Assembly: GCA_963662285.2 (NCBI GenBank)
Contig: CAXXMV010000008.1
Location: 416,001-480,000 of the forward strand
Source: a bacterium
Lineage (GTDB): Bacteria; Hinthialibacterota; Hinthialibacteria; Hinthialibacterales; Hinthialibacteraceae
Direction: 5' to 3'
DNA length: 64,000 nt
In this document: positions 58,801 to 64,000 of the stretch, in pieces
Numbering within the stretch: the first letter of the stretch is position 1
Layout of the letters: each line of letters opens with the position of its first letter
Translations under genes and position numbers: made by a program
The notes under the pieces: generated by a model
What the model was told of the DNA's origin: nothing
Database searches by the model: none
The model's input: only the letters and a program-made list of their open reading frames with translations

Positions 58801-59068
58801 GTGAGTTAGTTTTCTTTTGCTCAAGAGCCTTTATTATGAATATTCTATTGGATTTATATTCATTCAACTGTTCCAGGTATGATGCGGGATATTGATTGGG
58901 ATAAGTCTCTATAAGGTCTTCAATAGCCAACCGCAGGGATGCGAAATTGATCTGACCGACTTGTGTTATCTTCTCCTGGTATATATCTGCTCCATCACAT
59001 TGATAAGGAAATATCAAGCATGATATCAGCCAGGAACCACTTAACAATAAAAGCGTATATTTTTTCAT
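55880..59068 (-). CDS. Secreted HzsA-like beta-propeller / c-type heme protein fused to an FGE-sulfatase (SUMF1) domain
   Basis: Y-RWEY-D, EEDGSA-F-VPA..QPLD..G-A-Q-MRSW..MPGE..CVGCHE, CIRCH, C-terminal LPDEAQWEYACRAG, PNPWGLYDMHGNAAEW, VGFRV. Confidence 0.88.
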   Translation of the reverse strand: MKKYTLLLLSGSWLISCLIFPYQCDGADIYQEKITQVGQINFASLRLAIEDLIETYPNQYPASYLEQLNEYKSNRIFIIKALEQKKTNSLQQADAILQFQRQALLANPLIDFEQLLMIKRDGEKLGLPMNWESNSSIPQQGYHNQIVLLSPLSPSGQLTTLFKPEKDRFVGDIDLDFDADRMLFSMPGDNGRWQIFELSADGRDIRQLSLIEQPDVDNYDACYLPDGNIIFTSTAPFIGVPCVSGSAHVSNMYLFDLQTNNIRRLTFEQDHDWCPTVLNNGRILYLRWEYSDIPHFVSRILFHMNPDGTSQMEYYGSNSYWPNSMFYARPVPNHPTKFVAVIGGHHDEPRMGELVLFDPAKGRREADGVIQRIPGRGVKVAPIIQDDLIKKSWPKFLHPWPLSDKYIITSCKPSPGANWGIYLVDVFDNMTLIKELEDYALLEPIPFKKIPAPPVIPSKVQPERKDALVYFTDIYKGGGLKGVPQGTVKKLRLFTYHFAYHGMGGQISRVGLDGPWDIKRVIGEVPVEEDGSAYFSVPANTPISLQPLDEEGKALQLMRSWMTAMPGEILTCVGCHEQQNTAPPVMSALALQRQPSQIQPWYGPTRGFSFIREVQPVLDKYCIRCHDGTSLPEMETPDFRSLPSVHPKGGNATYNNGTKFPPSYIALRRYVRAPTIESDLHLLPPGEFHADSTQLVQMLSQGHHDVDLSAEAWDRLITWIDLNTPAHGTWREIVGDQNVFHQRDRRLAMLKQYANIDEDPEEINQPALIMDNSTPPHPRGIPAIKQSTNAWSFNQQQARARQASLGDYQDAIDLGEGIDMPMMLIPSGEFASASDKPTVRINDPYWISAYEITNQQYQLFDPSHDSRLEHGDFLQFSIEERGYPLNTTRQPVVRVSWNDAMAFCRWLSEKTGEHFTLPDEAQWEYACRAGSDSAMWYGGHTVDFSKYANLADASFHKVDTFGWGLPSGAIPTWRPAISSYNDQYRVSAPVGTYQPNPWGLYDMHGNAAEWTSSTANEMNDRKVVKGGSWYDRPKFASSNHKVYYHKFLPVYNVGFRVIRETR

Positions 59069-59192
59069 TTGATGATTTGCATCCAATTTTTAGTTATTTA
59101 CATGAAATCAGTAATTTATTATAGAGGGTATTGAGTATCATTAGAGATAAAGAGAGAGGAAAAGTCAAGCAGACAATTAAGTAATAAAGTAT

Positions 59193-59239
59193 ACAGGCAT
59201 TTCCCCGCCCTGATCCAATTAAGGCGGAGAAATGCCTGT
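59193..59239 (-). terminator. Long hairpin after cysK (terminator or stabiliser)
   Basis: ACAGGCATTTC-CCGCC..GGCGG-GAAATGCCTGT; poly-U tail weak. Confidence 0.55.
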
Positions 59240-59259
59240 TTTAACCAAACAATAATCCG

Positions 59260-60147
59260 CTACAAAAGCGCGGTGCTGAAATAGCGCTCGGCGCGGTCGG
59301 GAAGAACGGTGGTGATATTCCCTTCAATTTTTTTAGCGAGTTGACGTGCAGCCCAGATGTTCGCTCCAGAGGAGATGCCAACCAGAAGACCATAATCGCC
59401 ACTCAATTTTCTGGTTGTATCAATAGCGTCTTCATCGGTCACTTCAATCACATCATCAACTATGGAAACATCCAGTATGGCAGGAATGAAGCCGTCGCCG
59501 ATGCCCTGAATCTGATGAAGTCCCGGCTCGTGTCCCAACAGGGCGGAAACATTTTTTGGTTCGACGGCGACAATCTTAACATCGGGTTTATGTTCTTTTA
59601 GAAATTTGCCGATGCCTTGCAGTGAACCGCCGCTGCCGACTCCAGCTACGAAACAGGATATATCGCCAGTCATCTGGCGCCACAATTCATGAGCGGTTTC
59701 TTCGTAATGAACCTTTGGATTATCTGGATTCTCGAACTGCTGGGGAACGAAAACGCGGGGATCTTCCACAGCCATCTGATTAACCAATTCGACAGCGCCG
59801 TTGATGCTTTTTTCAGCGGGAGTCAAGATCAGCTCAGCGCCAAGGATGCGAATCAATTTTTTGCGCTCTTCGCTCATGTTTTCGGGCATAACGATGCGAA
59901 CCGCATATCCCTTGAGACGAGCTACCAGAGCGATTCCAATGCCTGTGTTGCCCGAAGTCGGTTCGGTTATTATTGAGTCGGGTTTCAACAGTCCATCCCG
60001 CTCGGCGCCTTCCAGCATGGCCAAAGCCACCCGGTCTTTGATGCTGCCGCCGGGATTTAGGAATTCGAGTTTGGCGAAAATATTTTCGCCCTTCAACTGA
60101 AAAAGTGGAGTGTTGCCAATCAGATCAAGAATATTATCAGTTATCAT
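59260..60147 (-). CDS. cysK: Cysteine synthase A
   Basis: IGNTPL, KLEFLNPGGSIKDR, EPTSGNTGI, QQFENPDN, HQIQGIG, GISSGAN, PD-AERY-ST. Confidence 0.95.
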   Translation of the reverse strand: MITDNILDLIGNTPLFQLKGENIFAKLEFLNPGGSIKDRVALAMLEGAERDGLLKPDSIITEPTSGNTGIGIALVARLKGYAVRIVMPENMSEERKKLIRILGAELILTPAEKSINGAVELVNQMAVEDPRVFVPQQFENPDNPKVHYEETAHELWRQMTGDISCFVAGVGSGGSLQGIGKFLKEHKPDVKIVAVEPKNVSALLGHEPGLHQIQGIGDGFIPAILDVSIVDDVIEVTDEDAIDTTRKLSGDYGLLVGISSGANIWAARQLAKKIEGNITTVLPDRAERYFSTALL

Positions 60148-60189
60148 TAATACACCTTATACAAATTCTCAAATTTAGACGATTCGTTT

Positions 60190-61011
60190 TTAATACAAAC
60201 TCCAGTGTGAAACATAAGAGGCGTGCACACAATAGTCATCAGTAAGTGTAACCGAGTATACATCAACCTCTGCGCCAATGCGGATTATAAATTCACTCAT
60301 TCCGATGTGGTTATCCGTCTTTCCCCAATCATAGGTATAACCGAGACGGGTCCAGGGGTATCCATTTTCTCCATACATAGATGCTTTTGTATCATTAAAC
60401 CATTGCTTGTGCTCTTCACTCACCCCAGCGGGGAAATCCAGAGTGGCTGCGTTATTAGTTATATCAGGATCGGGAGTAGGTCGAAACAGGTCTTCAGGAC
60501 TTACCCAGAATTCCACAAAACGGGTTTTACCATTATCAGGCGGCAAGCCAAGCAGTTGTTCGAGACGTAAATCCAAATCATTGGCTGGTATTTGGTTTTG
60601 CTGGCAGAACTTTTGTAATTCCGGCACGGCGGTGACCCAAATATCACGCGTGGTTTCGTAGATACCCATAGTTGAGTTACCATTGGCGCCATTGGTTCGC
60701 GCTTGGATATACTGCGTCATGCGGATGGTTTTGCCAACCATACCGTCATAACCATCCCAGGAAGTCCAGGTAGTCATCAGGACTTTTTGATCGCCTGATT
60801 CACTGCTCCAGACAAGATTGTTGTTGTCTTCTGTAATAGAGATCAGATCATAATAGATTTCATCTGCTTCAGCGATTTCTGCATCATTAACCGCCGCCTG
60901 GAAGGCTTGTTGAAGTTCCTCTTCTGAAGCCGCATATAAAAAAGGTGCGACCAATAGAGAAAGACAGGCGAGAAGCAGGAAGATAGCAAAAAAGCGATTG
61001 AATTTTTTCAT
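60190..61011 (-). CDS. Secreted hypothetical protein (YPWTRLGYTYDW family) with HWSLY tail
   Basis: Start re-assigned to ATG 61011 (signal peptide MKKFNRFF..LYA); WVT..PEL, RLEQLLGLPP, DLFRP-PDP, YPWTRLGYTYDW, G-SEF. Confidence 0.8.
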   Translation of the reverse strand: MKKFNRFFAIFLLLACLSLLVAPFLYAASEEELQQAFQAAVNDAEIAEADEIYYDLISITEDNNNLVWSSESGDQKVLMTTWTSWDGYDGMVGKTIRMTQYIQARTNGANGNSTMGIYETTRDIWVTAVPELQKFCQQNQIPANDLDLRLEQLLGLPPDNGKTRFVEFWVSPEDLFRPTPDPDITNNAATLDFPAGVSEEHKQWFNDTKASMYGENGYPWTRLGYTYDWGKTDNHIGMSEFIIRIGAEVDVYSVTLTDDYCVHASYVSHWSLY

Positions 61012-61205
61012 TAATACCCTCTGGTAATTACATAAAATTTCTTGTTTTTCAGTATACAAACAATATATTCCCCGTTCGAGTGCTCTGAAATGATGATCCA
61101 AACTCAAGTCATACGATTTATTAACTGCTGCAACTATAAAGTTATCTTAATATGGTTTATGCTCTAAAAAATTAAAAACAACCTGGAATCCATGGAGGAA
61201 GAAGA

Positions 61206-62582
61206 ATGCGTACAACAAGCCAGATGAATAAATGTTTAGCAAGAGTATGCGTCTTTATTTTAATGATGATTATGACCGGGATTAATTTTACTCCCGACTG
61301 CGCGGCCTCTCCAGAAAATGCCATGCAGAATTACCTGCAACGAGCGGAACCGGACTATTCGTGGACTCTCAAAGATACCAATGAACTCAAAGGGATGAAG
61401 ATTTACGATCTTCATCTAGTCTCGCAAAAGTGGCAGGGGATAGTATGGACCCATCAACTGCGCATTTTCATCCCCAAAGATTGCAAAGCAGGCTCAGCCC
61501 TTCTGTTTATCTCAGGAGGCAGCAACAAAAACGGCAAACCCAATTGGGATAAATGGAACGGGGAAAAACCCGGTCTTATAGCTCAAATGGCTTTTAAGAC
61601 TAATCGCCCGGTTATCGCGCTAAAGCAGGTTCCCAATCAACCGCTGTATGGTGAAAAGGTGGAAGACGACCTGATATCGCATACTTTCCTTAAATATTTT
61701 GAGACCAAAGATGAGACATGGCCGCTGCTGCTGCCCATGACCAAAAGCGCCGTACAGGCCATGACGGCGATGCAGGAATTTTGCTCTAAAGAAATCAACC
61801 TGCCAATCAAAGGCTTCGTGGTCGCTGGAGGCTCCAAACGGGGATGGACCACATGGATGACCGGATCCAACGACAAACGGGTTATCGGCATTGGTCCGAT
61901 GGTGATTGATACCCTGAAGATGAATAAGCAAATGGATTACCAGTTGGAATGTTGGGGCAAGTATAGTGAACAAGTGGATGATTATACTAAAAAAGGCATC
62001 CAGGAAAAAATGAAAACTCCTGAAGGCAAGGATTTATTGAAAATCGCCGATCCATATTCCTATATCAAACAACTCAAGATACCTAAGTTGATCTTCATCG
62101 GCACCAATGATCCTTATTGGCCGGTAGACGCCATCAAACATTACTACAACGACCTTGTCGGAGAGAGTTATATTCATTACGTACCCAACGTGGGTCATGA
62201 TTTAGGCGATGGAGAGCAAGCAGTGAGATCATTGGCCGCCTTCTTTGACATCTGCGCATCGGGCGCCCAACATCCTAAATTGAAATGGTCCATGACTCAG
62301 GAAAATGGCGCCGCAGTATTGAAAGTTGATGCTGGCGGCGACGCCAAAGAAGCCAAACTGTGGACTGCGGCATCGAACGACCGGGATTTCCGTGATGATA
62401 AGTGGAATAATGAACCATGCAAAGACCGTGATGGATCGCAATTTACTTCCAGTATTATATTGCCCGATGAAGGATATAAAGCCCTCTATCTAGAAGTGAT
62501 CTACCCCAGCCCGGTAGAAAAGACATACTCAAAAACCAGCCGCATATTCGTGCTTGATCCGAAAGGCGTGGTTAGCGAATAA
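61206..62582 (+). CDS. PqaA-family (PhoPQ-activated pathogenicity-related) alpha/beta hydrolase-like protein
   Basis: SQ-W...W-H, QVPNQPL, EDD-I, PMTKS..AM, G-SKRGWTTW, DPYSY, GTND-YW, YVPN-GH. Confidence 0.9.
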   Translation: MRTTSQMNKCLARVCVFILMMIMTGINFTPDCAASPENAMQNYLQRAEPDYSWTLKDTNELKGMKIYDLHLVSQKWQGIVWTHQLRIFIPKDCKAGSALLFISGGSNKNGKPNWDKWNGEKPGLIAQMAFKTNRPVIALKQVPNQPLYGEKVEDDLISHTFLKYFETKDETWPLLLPMTKSAVQAMTAMQEFCSKEINLPIKGFVVAGGSKRGWTTWMTGSNDKRVIGIGPMVIDTLKMNKQMDYQLECWGKYSEQVDDYTKKGIQEKMKTPEGKDLLKIADPYSYIKQLKIPKLIFIGTNDPYWPVDAIKHYYNDLVGESYIHYVPNVGHDLGDGEQAVRSLAAFFDICASGAQHPKLKWSMTQENGAAVLKVDAGGDAKEAKLWTAASNDRDFRDDKWNNEPCKDRDGSQFTSSIILPDEGYKALYLEVIYPSPVEKTYSKTSRIFVLDPKGVVSE

Positions 62583-62639
62583 CAGTTATCACAGATTAAC
62601 AGTATAAAAGGCTTCTGAGAAATTTCAGGAGCCTTTTTT
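62477..62639 (+). repeat. Direct repeat copy 1 (3' end of the pqaA-like gene plus terminator)
   Basis: Core 62525..62599 matches 63656..63730 with 3 mismatches; flanks more degenerate. Confidence 0.9.
62606..62639 (+). terminator. Rho-independent terminator, copy 1
   Basis: AAAAGGCTTCTGA..TCAGGAGCCTTTTTT. Confidence 0.8.
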
Positions 62640-62719
62640 CGCCATGGGACTTTATGGGCTACAACGATCCGCGGCTTATATCCCACCATCTCTGATACAT
62701 ATTTGGTTTAATGAGTGAT

Positions 62720-62748
62720 TTGGCGTAATTAAATTTGTGATGTATAAT
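62720..62748 (+). promoter_or_regulatory. Sigma70-type promoter of the TA operon
   Basis: TTGGCG-N17-TATAAT, followed by a GGAGGTG RBS. Confidence 0.6.
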
Positions 62749-62773
62749 TGTAGTAGACTGGAGGTGATTGGTT

Positions 62774-63328
62774 ATGGTTAATGATGACGCAATAAACAAA
62801 TATCGTGAAACGATTAAGTATATCGCCTACCGCTCGATTGATGACCGGAACTTTGGCCGGACTAAACTGAATAAGATTTTATTCTATTGTGATTTCCTGG
62901 CTTACCGTAATCTAGGGAAATCAATTACAGATGACGGGTATATCAAACATAAGCATGGCCCCGTTCCCACCCATGTCAAAAAGATAGCCAATGCATTGAT
63001 TGATGATATAGAGATCAAAGAGATCAATACTCCGACAGGCAACTATATTCAGAAAAGACTGGTTACGTTGACGGAATGCAATTTGGATGTGTTCACTCCG
63101 CAAGAAATTTCTCTGATTGATTCGGTCATCGAAGTGTTGTGGGATGAAACCGCCAAGGCGGTCAGTGAACTGTCACATCAGTTCATCGGATGGCAAATGA
63201 TGGATATAGGGGAAAATATCCCTTATGAAACAGTGTTAATTCGTGAATCAAAGGTAACCGATGACGACTTGGCCTATGGGGCGGAATTGGCAAAGGAACT
63301 GGACGAATGGCCCGTGGTCTCTCCGTAG
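62774..63328 (+). CDS. Panacea (DUF4065/SocA-like) antitoxin
   Basis: TKLNKILFYCDF..Y...G-SIT...Y.....GPVP ...TAKAVSELSH...W.....GE-IPY. Confidence 0.88.
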   Translation: MVNDDAINKYRETIKYIAYRSIDDRNFGRTKLNKILFYCDFLAYRNLGKSITDDGYIKHKHGPVPTHVKKIANALIDDIEIKEINTPTGNYIQKRLVTLTECNLDVFTPQEISLIDSVIEVLWDETAKAVSELSHQFIGWQMMDIGENIPYETVLIRESKVTDDDLAYGAELAKELDEWPVVSP

Positions 63329-63334
63329 TACGAC

Positions 63335-63592
63335 ATGTACGGATTCACCCAACGGTTGGAAGAATTCCGGCATATCCGGCGTCTTGATGAATATATTCGG
63401 GCTTACGAATGGCAGTTATCCAACGATCCCACTGTAGGCGCCCGTCAAACATTAGGTGATCGCATTATCTGGACATATTCCTACTATCTTGATCCTACAG
63501 AAATGAAAGAAATTGTGGTTTATTACACTTACGATGAAACAAATCTGTACATGCTGGATATACGGTTAAAGCCAGCGCGTGATAATGATTGA
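63335..63592 (+). CDS. Putative cognate toxin, RelE/ParE-like
   Basis: Small ORF directly after the antitoxin; F...LE...LDE....EW-L..DP..G and V-YY-YD....Y-LDIR pattern; family assignment tentative. Confidence 0.55.
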   Translation: MYGFTQRLEEFRHIRRLDEYIRAYEWQLSNDPTVGARQTLGDRIIWTYSYYLDPTEMKEIVVYYTYDETNLYMLDIRLKPARDND

Positions 63593-63608
63593 TGTTAACA
63601 GTTTGAAT

Positions 63609-63772
63609 TAAATCCCTCTATATAAAAGTAATGTCTCCCAGCCCGGGTAAAAAAAATACTCAAAAACCAGCCGCATATTCGTGCTTGATCCTAAAGGCGT
63701 GGTTAGCGAATAACGGTTATCACATATTAATAATAGAAAAGGCTCCTGAATTAATTTCGGGAGCCTTTTTTT
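63609..63772 (+). repeat. Direct repeat copy 2 (orphan pqaA-like 3' end plus terminator)
   Basis: Still encodes SKTSRIFVLDPKGVVSE* and the hairpin AAAAGGCTCCTGAA..TTCGGGAGCCTTTT. Confidence 0.9.
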
Positions 63773-63932
63773 AATCTAAAACGCTATTCTTTTCCAAACC
63801 TACGTTTATAACCAATGATAGACAATACCCCGGCCTCATGATAAACTCGATCAATTCAAATGAAATGAGTTGGATTCTGTTGATTCCACTAAAAAATCAC
63901 GCATCAATTAAGGATCATAGAGAAAAACCATT

Positions 63933-64000
63933 ATGAAAAAAATAATAGTTAACGTCATCATAGGATTAATTTTGCTATTTGCAGGATCAGTGTCAGAATC
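63933..64000 (+). CDS. Start of a secreted protein, truncated by the window edge
   Basis: MKKIIVNVIIGLILLFAGSVSE..., signal-peptide-like, open to the end of the window. Confidence 0.6.
   Translation, partial: MKKIIVNVIIGLILLFAGSVSE

Noticed and set aside
55880-59068. Evidence for anammox (hydrazine synthase)
   Set aside because: Only an HzsA-like module in a fusion; no hzsB/hzsC or hao cluster nearby

Overview
Bacterial chromosomal window, mostly coding, with AT-rich intergenic regions. I found no rRNA, tRNA or CRISPR array. The pilin family at ~0.8-1.4 kb, the half-dockerin tails and a shared W-x-[LI]-[FYM] C-terminal tail suggest a PVC-adjacent candidate lineage such as Ca. Hinthialibacterota/OLB16 (inference only). 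Left ~17 kb (minus strand): a regulatory-domain-less sigma54 activator, two paralogous secreted double-cohesin-like proteins with low-complexity N-termini, a PilM-PilN fusion, a membrane-anchored TPR/coiled-coil protein, a TPR-extended secretin, a coiled-coil protein with a weak CheZ-like signature, a stand-alone fliG and a type IV pilin/pseudopilin. Middle: housekeeping and envelope genes (iscA-like, Cys-rich MarR, bioF, GH88, PPIase, aroB, TRAP DctM, PrsW, rhaT, glycosyltransferases, Wzz-like, rpmB [missed by the ORF track], mtaB, rsmE, K+ channel, GAF, CRTAC1/TPR pair, cysK, PqaA-like). Best novel-system candidates: (i) a shared C-terminal tail on four unrelated secreted proteins that looks like a sorting signal, and (ii) a non-cellulosomal cohesin/half-dockerin system encoded with an atypical secretin machine. 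Also present: a Panacea-type toxin-antitoxin islet bounded by a duplicated gene end plus terminator, a decayed RAYT/IS200-like element in 31-bp inverted repeats, REP-like palindromes, an unannotated 57-aa MucR-N-like ORF and a candidate sRNA.
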